NCBI GenBank assembly: GCA_964291285.2
Contig: OZ219787.1
Location: 1,472,001 to 1,536,000, forward strand
Direction: 5' to 3'
DNA length: 64,000 bases
Source of the DNA: Alphaproteobacteria bacterium
GTDB lineage: Bacteria; Pseudomonadota; Alphaproteobacteria; Bin95
Shown: piece after piece, positions 1 to 9,965 of the stretch
Layout of the letters: each line of letters begins with the position of its first letter
Position numbering within the stretch: position 1 is the stretch's first letter
Notes under the pieces: model-generated
What the model was told of the DNA's origin: nothing
Databases searched by the model: none
The model's input: the letters and a program-made list of their open reading frames with translations, nothing else
Program-made: the position numbers and the translations under genes

Positions 1-851
1 AGGCCGAATTCCCCCTCTCCGCCGAGCATCGCCGCCTGCGCGTCCGAGAGCGGTTCGGTCAGGCTGGCGAAGCTCGCAAGCGGCACCGCCCGGTGCTTCA
101 GAAGGCCCATCTCCTCGGTGAAGATATGGGTGCAGAGCACGACCTGGCGCGCCTCGACCGTGCCGTCCGGGCAGGCGAGGCGGAAGCCCTCCCCCGTGCC
201 CATCTCCAGAACCGGGCTTTCCTCGTAAAGCGCGACATTCGCCGGCAGGGTCGCGGCGAGGCCGCGCATCATGGCGGACGGCTGGACGAGGGCGGAGCCG
301 TCCACCCGCACGCCGCGCCGGTAGTAGCGCGAGCCGGTGACAGCCTTGACCCCGTCCCGGTCGAGTTCACGCCATGGCACGCCCAGCGAGTCGAAGCCGT
401 CCGAGACGTTCCTGAGTTCCGCCTCCGCACCCCCGCCGGCAGCGACATAGATACGGCCCCAGTCGCTCCACTGGCACTGGATCTGGTGTTCCCGCACGAG
501 CCTGCGAAGCCAGTCGGTGCCGGCCGAGGACAGGCGGACGTTCTTCCGCGCGGCCTCCATGTGCTTCATGCCGCCATGGCTGTGGTTGTCCAGCATGAAG
601 CCCGCATTGCGCCCGGACGTGCCGTAGCCGACCCGACTCGCCTCGATGAGCGCCACACTGTCATCGGGCCGGAGCTCAGCGAGGCGCCGGGCGGTCGAGC
701 AGCCGCATATGCCCGCGCCGACAACCGCGAAATCGACTTTCACCCGGCCCTCGACCCGTCGCGCGGGCGGCGGAGGAGGCAGGCTCTCGAACCAGCCGTT
801 GCGCGGTCCGTCATCGGGCAGCTTCCGCGCCCCGAACCTTCTCGACGCCAT
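1..851 (-). CDS. FAD-dependent oxidoreductase (DAO/PuuB-like), 3' end runs off the window
   Basis: Manual minus-strand translation from ATG at 851 gives MASRRFGARKLP...DFAVVGAGICGCSTA (GxGxxG) and GTSGRNAGF. Absent from the ORF track because it lacks a stop inside the window. Confidence 0.85.
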   Translation of the reverse strand, partial: MASRRFGARKLPDDGPRNGWFESLPPPPPARRVEGRVKVDFAVVGAGICGCSTARRLAELRPDDSVALIEASRVGYGTSGRNAGFMLDNHSHGGMKHMEAARKNVRLSSAGTDWLRRLVREHQIQCQWSDWGRIYVAAGGGAEAELRNVSDGFDSLGVPWRELDRDGVKAVTGSRYYRRGVRVDGSALVQPSAMMRGLAATLPANVALYEESPVLEMGTGEGFRLACPDGTVEARQVVLCTHIFTEEMGLLKHRAVPLASFASLTEPLSDAQAAMLGGEGEFG

Positions 852-911
852 GTCCGGTCCCCCCTGGATTATCAGGTAACGGCGGCCTGCCCGGCCGCAG
901 CGAAGCCGGAG

Positions 912-1343
912 CTACCCGGTGGCGATGTAGTCCTTGAGGGCCTGCGCCTCGGCTTCGATCTCGCTCATGCGGGCCTTCACAACATCGCCGATGGACACGA
1001 TGCCGACCAGCTCTTCGCCCTCCAGCACGGGCAGGTGGCGCATCCGCCCCTCGGTCATCCGCGCCATCAGGTCGTCTATATGGTCCGAGCGCGCGCAGGT
1101 GATGACCCGGCGCGTCATGATCTCTTCGACCGGACGGTCCAGCACGTCGCGTCCGTGCTCGGCAAGCGCCGCGACGACATCGCGCTCGGAAACGATCCCG
1201 ACGAGCGCACCTCCGGGCGAGGACACCGGCATGGCGCCGATGCGCCGCTCGAACAGCACGAGCGCGATGCGCCCCACCGATTCGCCGGGATCGGCCGTCA
1301 CCACCTCATGGCCCTTGTCGGCGAGGATCTGCGCAACGAACAT
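912..1343 (-). CDS. CBS-domain protein
   Basis: Two CBS repeats (LVGIVSERDVV; RHLPVLEGEELVGIVSIGDVVK), with GGAG upstream of the ATG. Confidence 0.9.
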   Translation of the reverse strand: MFVAQILADKGHEVVTADPGESVGRIALVLFERRIGAMPVSSPGGALVGIVSERDVVAALAEHGRDVLDRPVEEIMTRRVITCARSDHIDDLMARMTEGRMRHLPVLEGEELVGIVSIGDVVKARMSEIEAEAQALKDYIATG

Positions 1344-1729
1344 GTTCCATTCTCCGTCCGGACATGAAACGGCCCCGCCGGAACTCGGGTTGCACGGCGG
1401 GGCTTTATCGATGGTGTTTCGATGGGTCTCTTTTGAAACCTGTCGCCCGCCGCAGGGCGGTCGGGCCAGTCTGTTTCTCTTGTCGGATGGCCCCTATGAG
1501 GGGCGGACCCGGACCGGTGGTTTCATGGCGTTCATCCTCCTCGATCCTGACCGGCAACGCCCATCGCATTCCCGTCTTCGCAAGACAAGTCTGCGACCTT
1601 CCGTCGCAAGCTGTCAATAAAAACTATATACTCAAAATCAACGGCTTGCGGATTTTCTTGTGGCAGAAAAGCGCATTTCCGCAGGTGCGGGTCGCCGGAC
1701 GGACTTCCTCCGGTCCGGACGCAATCCGG

Positions 1730-2536
1730 TCAATGCGCCATGAAGACGGGGAGCGTGCTTTCGGCGAGGATGTGGCTGGTCGGGCCGCCCAGGATCATCT
1801 GGCGCAGCCGGCTGCTGGTGTAACCACCCTTGAAGACCAGATCGGCCCCGAAGGCGGCGGCCTCCGCCAGCATAGCCTCGCCCGCGCTGCGCCGCCCGCG
1901 CTGCCGCACCGCCGACTCGACCGGCAGGCCGTGCCGCGCCAGCCCTTCGGCTATTTCCGCCGCGCTCGGCCCGGGCACGAACGCGCCTTCCACCGTCACC
2001 ACCAGCACGCGCTCCGCTTGCCTGAGCAGCTCCATGCCCATGGCTATGGTGCGCGCGGTCTCGGTGCTGCCGTTCCAGAGGACCGCGATGTTCGCGCCGA
2101 AATCCTCCGGCGCCTGCGGCGGGGCGACCACCATCGGACGGCCGCTCTCGAACAGCACCGCCTCCAGCGTGCTCATCGAGGGCGAGTCGCCGGCGCCGGT
2201 CGGCCGGCCGACCACGGTAAGGTCGAAGGCGCGGGCGCGCTCGGAGACATCCAGATGGCGCGCGACCTCCTCCCGCCATGCGTGCGGGCGCCCTTCAAGC
2301 GCCGCTTCGAAACGGGTGCGCGCGCGGCCGGACGCTTCGTTGTCGCGGCGTTCCAGATCGTCGAGCAAGGCCGGCGACGCCGCGTCCGCCGCGCCGGCAG
2401 CCATGATGTCCGGCAATGAACGGCGCTGGTAGAAGCCCTCGACATACGCGCCGAAACGCCCCGCCACGATCCGCGCGCAGGCCAGCATCGAGTCAAGCCC
2501 GCCCGCCTCGTTCATCGGCACCAATACGGTCTTCAT
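1730..2536 (-). CDS. Universal stress protein (tandem Usp domains)
   Basis: Starts MKTVLVP after AAGGAGG; C-terminal ADLVFKGGYTSSRLRQMILGGPTSHIL...PVFMAH is the Usp motif. Confidence 0.9.
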   Translation of the reverse strand: MKTVLVPMNEAGGLDSMLACARIVAGRFGAYVEGFYQRRSLPDIMAAGAADAASPALLDDLERRDNEASGRARTRFEAALEGRPHAWREEVARHLDVSERARAFDLTVVGRPTGAGDSPSMSTLEAVLFESGRPMVVAPPQAPEDFGANIAVLWNGSTETARTIAMGMELLRQAERVLVVTVEGAFVPGPSAAEIAEGLARHGLPVESAVRQRGRRSAGEAMLAEAAAFGADLVFKGGYTSSRLRQMILGGPTSHILAESTLPVFMAH

Positions 2537-2695
2537 CCGTCCCTCCTTCCGCCTCGGTTGCACGGGGCCCTTCCCATGCGTTCGATTTGCGACGGCCTTA
2601 TGAAATCGCGTCAAAATGACGCAGTCAACAGTGCAGCATTCATGCCGGCGGCAACGGCCTCGCCGCGGCGCCTCAGGCTGCCCGCCGGCCTTCGT

Positions 2696-3829
2696 TCATG
2701 CGCCGTGCGGGGCGAGGATCTGCCTCACCGTGGCGACATCCTGGAGCTTGTCGAAACCGGCGTTGATCTCCTCGAAGCCGATCTTGCGATCGATCAGCCG
2801 GTCCACCGGCATCCGGCCCTGGCGGTAGAGGTCGATGAAGCGCGGAATGTCGCGCACCGGCACGCAGCTTCCCATATAGGAGCCAAGGATGGATTTCTCC
2901 TGGGCCACGAGCTCGCTCTGGTTGAAGGTGAAATCGGCCGCGGCCGGCGAGAGGCCGGCGGTCACCACCGTGCCGCCGTAGCGGATGCTGTTCCACGCCG
3001 TTTCCATCGCCTTGATCGTGCCGGCGAGCTCGACCGCGAAATCCACGCCACCGCCCGAGATGTCGTGGATCTGCTCGATATGGTCGGCATCGCGGGCATT
3101 GACCGTGTGCGTCGCGCCCAGCTGCCGCGCGAGGCCGAGCTTCGAGTCCTCCAGATCGACCGCAATGATCTGCCCGGCGCCGGCGAGCTTCGCGCCGAGC
3201 AGGCCATTCAGCCCGACGCCGCCAAGGCCGATGATCGCCACGCTGTCGCCGGCGCGCACCCGCGCGGTGTTGATGACGGCGCCGGCGCCGGTCATCACCG
3301 CGCAGCCGAAGATCGCGGCCTCCTCGATGTCGATCGACTTGTCCACGACCACGCAGGTGCCCCGGTCCACCACCGCATATTCCGCCATGCAGGAAATGCC
3401 GGTGTGGTGCGCGATATATTCGCCGTTCAGCTTCAGGCGCTGTTCGCCGGACATGAGCTGGCCCTGCCCCTTGGTGCGCGCCGCCGTCTCGCAGACCTGC
3501 GGGCGCCCTTCCAGGCAGCGCCGGCAACGCCCGCAGGCGGAGCCGAACTGGAAGACGATATGGTCGTCCGGCTTGATGTCGTGGACGCCCGGCCCCGTCT
3601 CGACGCAGATGCCGGAGCCTTCATGGCCCAGCACCATCGGCACCGGGCGCGGCCGGTCGCCGTTCAGCAGCGAGAGGTCGGAATGGCAGAGGCCCGCCCC
3701 GCCGATCCTGACCAGCACTTCTCCGGGCCCCGGCGGTTCGAGCTCGACTTCCATGATCTCCACGGGCCTGCTGTGGGCGAACGGGCGCGGCGCTCCGCAT
3801 TGCATCAGCACGGCGGCGGTCATCTTCAT
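2696..3829 (-). CDS. Zn-dependent alcohol dehydrogenase (MDR family)
   Basis: GLCHSD, GHEGSG, CGRCRRC...C structural Zn site, GLGGVG NAD-binding motif. Start placed at MKMTAAVL. Confidence 0.92.
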   Translation of the reverse strand: MKMTAAVLMQCGAPRPFAHSRPVEIMEVELEPPGPGEVLVRIGGAGLCHSDLSLLNGDRPRPVPMVLGHEGSGICVETGPGVHDIKPDDHIVFQFGSACGRCRRCLEGRPQVCETAARTKGQGQLMSGEQRLKLNGEYIAHHTGISCMAEYAVVDRGTCVVVDKSIDIEEAAIFGCAVMTGAGAVINTARVRAGDSVAIIGLGGVGLNGLLGAKLAGAGQIIAVDLEDSKLGLARQLGATHTVNARDADHIEQIHDISGGGVDFAVELAGTIKAMETAWNSIRYGGTVVTAGLSPAAADFTFNQSELVAQEKSILGSYMGSCVPVRDIPRFIDLYRQGRMPVDRLIDRKIGFEEINAGFDKLQDVATVRQILAPHGA

Positions 3830-3980
3830 GCCTCGGATATCCTCTCGTTCCAAGTCCGGCCGGGGGAGAATAGCCGAGCCGGCGCAAGGCAAACAGCCGC
3901 CCGGCAGGGTCCGCCGCCTCGCCTTGACCGGGCAGGCGAATGGTGGATGCTCGCCCATCCCCTTTTCGAGAGCAGGATTC

Positions 3981-5075
3981 ATGGTTAGCCAGACCGAGGG
4001 CGAGTTTCTCTGCCTTCACGAGATCGTCCACCGCGCGCACAACAATCTGAACCGGAACTACTGGGACTATCTGGCGGGCGGCAGCGAGAGCGAGGCGACG
4101 CTCAGGCGCAACCGCGCGGCGCTCGACCGTCTGGCCCTGAAACACCGCGTGCTCCGCGATGTCTCCACCGTCTCGGCCCGACGGCGCGTGCTCGGCCATG
4201 AGCTGCGTCTGCCGGTGCTGCTGGCGCCCATCGGCTCGCTCCAGAGCTTCGATCCCGGCGGCGGCGCGGCGGCGGCGCGGGCGGCGCACGCCTTCGGCAC
4301 CATGAACATCCAGAGCTCTGTCTCCCAGCCGGGCCTGGAGGAGACCGCCGCGGCGGCGCCCAACCCCAAGGTCTATCAACTCTATGTCCGGGGCGATGAT
4401 GACTGGGTGGACGACATCGCCCGGCGCGCTATCGCCGCCGGATATACGGCGTTCTGCATCACCGTCGATACCGCCCATTACAGCCGGCGCGAGCGCGACA
4501 TCGCCAAGCGTTTCGTCAAGCCCTGGCGCATCGACAACCGCAATATGGAGTTCCAGGGCGCCTTCAACTGGGACAACATAAAGCGCTTCAAGGACCGCCA
4601 CGACATCCCTCTCGCCATCAAGGGCATCGGCACGGGCGAGGACGCGGCGCTCTGCGTCGAGCACGGGGTGGATGTCGTCTATGTCTCCAATCACGGCGGT
4701 CGCCAGCTCGACGCCGGGCGGGGCGCGCTCGACATATTGCCGGAAGCGGTCGCCGCGGTGGCGGGCCGGGCCGAGGTCTGGGTGGACGGCGGCATCCTGC
4801 GCGGCACGGACGTGGTCAAGGCGCTGGCGCTCGGCGCGAACGCGGTCGGCATCGGGCGGCTGTCGGCGGCCGCCCTCGCGGCGAACGGAGAGGCCGGCGT
4901 CGTCGCCATGCTGGAACTGCTGGAGGACGAGGTGGTGACCGCGCTCGGCCTCATGGGCTGCACCGGCTGGCAGGACCTCGGCCCGGACTATGTCGCCCGC
5001 GCCGGGCTGACCTCCCAGCCCTCGGTCTTCAGCGGCTACCCGCTGCTCGATCTCGACGAGACGGGCTATAACTGA
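3981..5075 (+). CDS. FMN-dependent alpha-hydroxy acid oxidase/dehydrogenase
   Basis: YQLY, ITVD, IKGI, VSNHGGRQLD and DGGILRGTDVVKALALGA motifs. Confidence 0.92.
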   Translation: MVSQTEGEFLCLHEIVHRAHNNLNRNYWDYLAGGSESEATLRRNRAALDRLALKHRVLRDVSTVSARRRVLGHELRLPVLLAPIGSLQSFDPGGGAAAARAAHAFGTMNIQSSVSQPGLEETAAAAPNPKVYQLYVRGDDDWVDDIARRAIAAGYTAFCITVDTAHYSRRERDIAKRFVKPWRIDNRNMEFQGAFNWDNIKRFKDRHDIPLAIKGIGTGEDAALCVEHGVDVVYVSNHGGRQLDAGRGALDILPEAVAAVAGRAEVWVDGGILRGTDVVKALALGANAVGIGRLSAAALAANGEAGVVAMLELLEDEVVTALGLMGCTGWQDLGPDYVARAGLTSQPSVFSGYPLLDLDETGYN

Positions 5076-5117
5076 GGGGTATCGGCTAGGACCCCTTGCC
5101 TGGAGGAAGGTATCGAG

Positions 5118-5936
5118 ATGAACCGGGAACCCCTGCGCGAGATCACCGATGGGGAAATCCGCACCTTCCGGGAAGACGGGGTCGTCCTGCTCAAGGGCCT
5201 GTTCGACATGGAGTGGGTCGAGCGAGTACGCGGCCTCGCCGAGGCGGACATGAACACGCCCGGCGAGATGAAACAGGAGCTGGCGAAGGACGGCGACCCG
5301 GGCCGCTTCTTCAACAACACATTCCTCTGGCCCCGCAATGACGACTTCCGGGACATCGTGTTCAACTCGCCGGCAGCCCGGATCGCCGCCCGCCTGATGG
5401 GCGCCGACAAGGTCAACATCGTGTTCGACCAGTTCCTCATCAAGGAACCGGGAACGCAGGAGAGGACCCGCTGGCACCACGACCTGCCCTACTGGCCCAT
5501 TAACGGCGACCAGGTCTGCACGCTCTGGCTGGCGCTCGACCCGGTGGATGCGGCCTCCGGCGCCGTCGAGTATGTCCGGGGCTCCCACAGGTGGGGCACG
5601 CGCTACAAGGCCGAGGCTTTCCTGGGCGAGGGCCGCTACAAGGAGGACCTGCCGCCGGTCCCGGATATCGAGGAGATGCGCGGCGATCTGGAATTCGTCC
5701 AGCCCGAACTGGAGCCCGGTGACTGCACGGTGCATCACGGGTTGACCGTGCATGGTGCGCCCGGCAATGCGACGGCGGACCGGCGGCGGCGCGCCTATGT
5801 CACCCGCTGGGCCGGCGATGACGTCGTCTATTATCCGCGTCCGGGCATCCAGCCGATGCTCAGGGACCCGGACATTCCGTCGGGCGGCCCGCTGGACAGC
5901 GACCTCTGGCCAGTTGTGTGGCACGGCGCGCCGTAG
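5118..5936 (+). CDS. Phytanoyl-CoA dioxygenase family (PhyH) 2OG-Fe(II) oxygenase
   Basis: WHHD (HxD), GSH, PGD...H...HG and RRA motifs. Confidence 0.9.
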   Translation: MNREPLREITDGEIRTFREDGVVLLKGLFDMEWVERVRGLAEADMNTPGEMKQELAKDGDPGRFFNNTFLWPRNDDFRDIVFNSPAARIAARLMGADKVNIVFDQFLIKEPGTQERTRWHHDLPYWPINGDQVCTLWLALDPVDAASGAVEYVRGSHRWGTRYKAEAFLGEGRYKEDLPPVPDIEEMRGDLEFVQPELEPGDCTVHHGLTVHGAPGNATADRRRRAYVTRWAGDDVVYYPRPGIQPMLRDPDIPSGGPLDSDLWPVVWHGAP

Positions 5937-5961
5937 GGATGCCTCCCGTGTCCGCCGCCGT

Positions 5962-6258
5962 TCAGGCGTCGGTCACGTCGAAATAGCGGATGCCCGGACG
6001 CTCGGTAAGGGCCTCGAAGAGCCGATCGCTGTCGCCCCGCTCCCGCCGCCAGGCCAGGTATTTCTCATAGTGCCCGCGCGTTTCCCAGGCAGCCGACAGC
6101 ACCAGATTGTCGGTGTCGTCGCCGTTCTGGAGCACCTCGACGCTTATGCAGCCCTCCTGGGAACGGGTTTCCGGCAGGATGGACCGGAAGTGCGATACGA
6201 CATCGGCCCCGGTGCCGGGTTTCGCCTTCATTTCGAAAAGCACTCTTACGGCCATCAT
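5962..6258 (-). CDS. Antibiotic biosynthesis monooxygenase (ABM) family protein
   Basis: ~98 aa ferredoxin-like pattern (AKPG...TRSQEGC...WETRGHYEKYLAWR); GGAGG RBS. Confidence 0.8.
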   Translation of the reverse strand: MMAVRVLFEMKAKPGTGADVVSHFRSILPETRSQEGCISVEVLQNGDDTDNLVLSAAWETRGHYEKYLAWRRERGDSDRLFEALTERPGIRYFDVTDA

Positions 6259-6474
6259 GAGTTCCTCCAATTTGTACAATGAGAATAACTCAAATTACTG
6301 ACCAGCGAAACTTCAAGTGTGGCATATCGGAGCCAAGCCTGTGCTTTTTGCTGGCACTTTGCCGCGACTATGGCGACGATAACCGGGGCAAGTAAATAAC
6401 TCTCCACGAAGCACCCACTTCGGCATCCTTGCCAGGCCCTTCCATTCGAGGCATATGTGACATAAGCAGTTGCG

Positions 6475-6503
6475 TTGACACGATTATTTCAGTCCGCTAG
6501 ATT
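6475..6503 (+). promoter_or_regulatory. Sigma70-type promoter
   Basis: TTGACA (6475-6480), 17 nt spacer, TAGATT (6498-6503), pointing into the integrase operon. Confidence 0.7.
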
Positions 6504-6509
6504 GCGGCC

Positions 6510-6773
6510 ATGGAACCCACAGTCGCCAAACGAGACAAGAGAGCGAGTGCTTACGACCCGTTTCGCACGCTCGCATTCCCGCTGCGCTTACGAGAAAATC
6601 GACCCGTTCCACCACAGGACGCCATCCGTCGAATCCGGTTCGGCGAGGCCGTGACGGAGAGAGCGATGGCGCAGACCGAATTCGGACCGGACCTGCCGCA
6701 ACGCGGAGCCGGCATCGTCGTCTTCGTCGTCGCCATGACCGAACGCCCTCGTCTCCGGAGCAGGACGCCATGA
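6510..6773 (+). CDS. Small hypothetical protein (87 aa), possibly leaderless, coupled to integrase 1
   Basis: ATG lies 7 nt after the -10 box; its TGA overlaps the integrase ATG (ATGA, 6770-6773). No recognisable motif. Confidence 0.4.
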   Translation: MEPTVAKRDKRASAYDPFRTLAFPLRLRENRPVPPQDAIRRIRFGEAVTERAMAQTEFGPDLPQRGAGIVVFVVAMTERPRLRSRTP

Positions 6774-7951
6774 AGCAACGCCAGTACCGCACCCTCTCCA
6801 AGCGTATCGTCGACAGTCTCCCCGTCGATGGCAGGGACACCGTCTACTGGGACCGCGAGCTGCCCGGTTTCGGCCTGCGCGTCTACGCGAGCGGCAAGAA
6901 GGTCTTCGTCGTCCAGACGCGAGCCTTCGGCCGTTCCAGGCGCGTGACCCTCGGCGAGCACGGCAACCCGTTCTCCGCCGACCGGGCCCGCAAGGAGGCT
7001 GCCGAGGTCATCGTCCGCATCAAGACGGGGCAGCCGCCGATACCGAAGGACCCAGCCAACGATCCCACCGTCGCCGACCTCGCGGACCGCTACTTCCGCG
7101 AACATGTCGAGATGCACTGCAAGCCGGCCACCGTCTCCCGCTACCGGATCACGCTGCGCAAGCACATCGTGCCCGCCCTCGGCGGGCGTCTCGTCGCCGA
7201 GGTCGAGCACAGGGACATCCTGCGCTTCCACGACGCGCTGCATCACAGCCCCAGTGTCGCCAACCGGGCGGCCGACATTCTGGTCAAGATGTTCAATCTG
7301 GCGGACGCGTGGGGCTGGTGTCCCTCGGGGCGCAACCCGGCCCGGAGCGTGCCCCGTTTCAGGGTCGAGAAGCACGAGCGCTTCCTCACCCGCGAGGAAC
7401 TCTCCCGGCTCGGCGAGGCGCTCAGGGCCGCGCCCGCCGGGCGCCGGGCGTCCCCCCATGCGGCGGCCGCCATCTACCTTCTCGTGCTGACCGGATGCCG
7501 GCGCAACGAGATCCTCGGCCTGCGGTGGGACGACCTCAACTTCGACACTGGCGAGATACGGCTGCGCGACTCCAAGACCGGCGCGCGGATGGCGCCGATG
7601 CCGGCAAGGGTGGCCGCGGTGTTCGCCGGCCTTCCCCGCACGCCCGGCAATCCCTGGGTCTTCCCCGGCAGGAAGAAGGGCGCGCACCTGGTCAACCTCA
7701 ACGACTCCTGGGGCCGCATCCGCAAGGACGCCGGTCTCGACGGCGTCCGCCTGCACGACTTGCGCCACACCTTCGCTTCCAGGGCGCTCGCGCTGGGCGA
7801 GGGCCTGGCGATGATCGGCGACCTGCTCGGCCACCGCAAGGTGAGCACCACCGCGCGTTACGCCCACCTCGCGCGGGACTCGGTGCGGGTGTCCTCGGCC
7901 CGGGTCGCCGCCGACATCGGCGCCAGGATCATGGCGCCGGACGGCCGCTAG
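6770..7951 (+). CDS. Tyrosine recombinase/integrase 1 (Arm DNA-binding N-domain, P4-like)
   Basis: WDRELPGFGLRV Arm domain; catalytic set TGCRRNE, DSKTG, HDLRH, LLGH and RYAH intact. Confidence 0.95.
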   Translation: MKQRQYRTLSKRIVDSLPVDGRDTVYWDRELPGFGLRVYASGKKVFVVQTRAFGRSRRVTLGEHGNPFSADRARKEAAEVIVRIKTGQPPIPKDPANDPTVADLADRYFREHVEMHCKPATVSRYRITLRKHIVPALGGRLVAEVEHRDILRFHDALHHSPSVANRAADILVKMFNLADAWGWCPSGRNPARSVPRFRVEKHERFLTREELSRLGEALRAAPAGRRASPHAAAAIYLLVLTGCRRNEILGLRWDDLNFDTGEIRLRDSKTGARMAPMPARVAAVFAGLPRTPGNPWVFPGRKKGAHLVNLNDSWGRIRKDAGLDGVRLHDLRHTFASRALALGEGLAMIGDLLGHRKVSTTARYAHLARDSVRVSSARVAADIGARIMAPDGR

Positions 7952-7988
7952 CGCGCCCGCGTCAACGCATACTCCGGAAGGACACTCC

Positions 7989-9191
7989 ATGCACAGCACC
8001 AACAAGCTGACCCTCTCCAGGCAGTCCGTCGACCGGCTTCAAGTCGCTGACCGGGAGATCGTCTACTGGGACCGCCACCTGCCCGGCTTCGGCGTGCGCG
8101 TCTATGCGACCGGGGCGAAGGTCTACATCGCGCACGCGCGTTCCGGCGGGAAGACCCGGCGCGTCACCATCGGGCGCCACGGCGCATGGTCGACCGAGCG
8201 CGCCCGGCGCGAGGCCGGAGCGCTGATCGCGGACATCAAGGCGGGCAGGACGCCGGGCCGTCCCGGCGCGGACTCCGCGTCCGCCACTGGGCCGACGATC
8301 GCCGGGCTGGCGGACGACTACATGACCCGGCATGTGGCCCTGCGCTGCAAGCCGTCCACGCAGCAATCCTGCCGCCACATCCTCGACAGGTTCCTCCTCC
8401 CCCGGTTCGGGGCGCTGCGCCTCGGCGAGATCACGCCCGATCACGTTGCCGCGCTGCACTACCGGCTCCGCGAGACGCCCATCATGGCGAACCAGACGGT
8501 CTCCCTGCTGTCGCGGCTCTTCCTGAGGGCCGCGGCCTCGGGCGACGCGCCGCCTGGCGGCAACCCCTGCCGGTTCATCAGGAAGTATCCGGCGCGAAGC
8601 CGTGAGCGCTTCCTGTCCGAGCAGGAATACGACCGGCTGGGCGCCGCGCTCGACGAACTCGAAGGCGCGGGCCGGGTCCTTGTCAGCGCCACCGCGGCGA
8701 TCCGCCTGCTGATGCTGACCGGCTGCCGGCGCAACGAAATCCTCACCCTCAAATGGGAGGATGTCGACCTCGAACACGACGAGCTCCGGTTGCGCGACGC
8801 GAAGACCGGAGCGCGCGCGGTCCCGCTGTCGCCGACGGCGAGAGGAGTGCTCACCGCCATCCCCCGGCAGCCCGGCAATCCCTGGGCCATCTTCGGGCGC
8901 GAACCCGGAACGCACCTCGCCAATCTCAACTCGTCGTGGGGGGTGGTCCGCCGCGAGGCCGGACTCGAGGACATGCGGCTTCACGACCTTCGCCACAGCT
9001 TCGCCAGCAGGGCGCTCGCGCTCGGCGAGAGCTTGCCGACGATCGCCCGGCTCCTCGGTCACAGCCAGATCCAGACCACCGCCCGCTACGCCCACCTCGC
9101 GCGGCAACCGGTGAAGACCGCCGCCGCCACCGTCGCGGACAGCCTCGCGGACGACATGGGGCCGGCACCGGGCGCTCCCTCCATCACCTGA
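7989..9191 (+). CDS. Tyrosine recombinase/integrase 2 (Arm DNA-binding N-domain)
   Basis: WDRHLPGFGVRV; TGCRRNE, DAKTG, HDLRH, LLGH and RYAH intact; paralogous to integrase 1. Confidence 0.95.
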   Translation: MHSTNKLTLSRQSVDRLQVADREIVYWDRHLPGFGVRVYATGAKVYIAHARSGGKTRRVTIGRHGAWSTERARREAGALIADIKAGRTPGRPGADSASATGPTIAGLADDYMTRHVALRCKPSTQQSCRHILDRFLLPRFGALRLGEITPDHVAALHYRLRETPIMANQTVSLLSRLFLRAAASGDAPPGGNPCRFIRKYPARSRERFLSEQEYDRLGAALDELEGAGRVLVSATAAIRLLMLTGCRRNEILTLKWEDVDLEHDELRLRDAKTGARAVPLSPTARGVLTAIPRQPGNPWAIFGREPGTHLANLNSSWGVVRREAGLEDMRLHDLRHSFASRALALGESLPTIARLLGHSQIQTTARYAHLARQPVKTAAATVADSLADDMGPAPGAPSIT

Positions 9192-9270
9192 CCGGCAGCC
9201 CTGTGCGCACTGCCGCTGAGAGTCTGTTCCTGGAGTAGCGGTTGGCCTCAAGACATGGTCGCTCAACGGG

Positions 9271-9457
9271 TGTTGAGGCCGATATGGGGGTTCCCATGGC
9301 TTGGGGGGAGACCATCCAGGCGAAGTGTCAAGGACCGGATGACCATCGGCAAAACGGCCTGAACGACGAGGAGTGGTCGCTCGTGGTTCCGCTGGTCCTG
9401 ATGTAGGGGGCGGCCGCACTCGACGAATCCGCGCCGCGTGTATCTATCCGGTCTGTA
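9271..9457 (+). mobile_element. Possible orphan non-coding left end of an IS110-family element
   Basis: No convincing CDS. TGTTGAG...TGGTCCTGATG..GGGCGGCCGCACTCGACGA...GTATCTATCCG resembles, from memory only, alphaproteobacterial IS110 leader regions. Ends abruptly at an ISKra4-like remnant. Confidence 0.3.
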
Positions 9458-9886
9458 CCGTCGAAGTTCTCGATCCACGACCCCAGCACCGCGCAGCCCA
9501 GCACGTTCACGACCTCCCGAACTCGCTGCTCCATCTCCTCGAACGCCGCCGGACAGGGCTCCGGGGCAAGCGCCGCACGGCACACGGCCGCCAACCCCGT
9601 CAGCGCCTCGAGAACCCCAGCCGGCAAGCCCGACAGATCGATGACGAAGACTGCGCAGGCTGCAACACTGGCATGGAACCGCTCCCGAGGGTGACGTGTA
9701 CACAACATCCTGACCGCCTCTGGCAGGGCGAAGCGGTCCCACACAACATCTCCGCCATCGTGCAACCGTGACAAATGCCGGCCCTCCAACCCCCGATTGT
9801 CACCAAACCTCGTAATCGGGGACCCGAAACAAAGGCAAAATCTCAGTAAATAAACTGATTACAATAGCCATACCGGACTTGCACCC
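9458..9886 (-). mobile_element. ISKra4-like IS remnant (one terminus plus transposase 5' end)
   Basis: Highly similar to ~47560-47992, including the terminus TAGCCATACCGGACTTGCACCC. Confidence 0.85.
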
Positions 9887-9965
9887 CGACGATATCAACT
9901 CAACTCCATGATCCCACGCTTCATTCGCAGCGCCGTCAGAACACAACCCATCCCATATCAACGTC

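Noticed and set aside
93-1367. 424 aa + strand ORF and the many other long overlapping ORFs (e.g. 3621-5924, 17087-19789, 27288-29456, 58076-61243)
   Set aside because: Antisense or alternate-frame shadows of motif-supported genes in GC-rich DNA. 58076-61243 is real only in its hsdS part.
1345-1729. Intergenic region with an AT-rich patch, considered as a possible sRNA or small ORF
   Set aside because: No recognisable RNA family, terminator or protein motif.
6300-6470. attL or tRNA target and a sigma54 promoter (TGGCAC) at the island boundary
   Set aside because: No tRNA seen; no direct repeat matching 46100-48250 found by eye; the GG-N10-GC spacing is not met.
6770-9191. RIT element or integron integrase
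   Set aside because: Only two recombinases per cluster, both with Arm-type N-domains; no IntI-specific insertion or attC array recognised.
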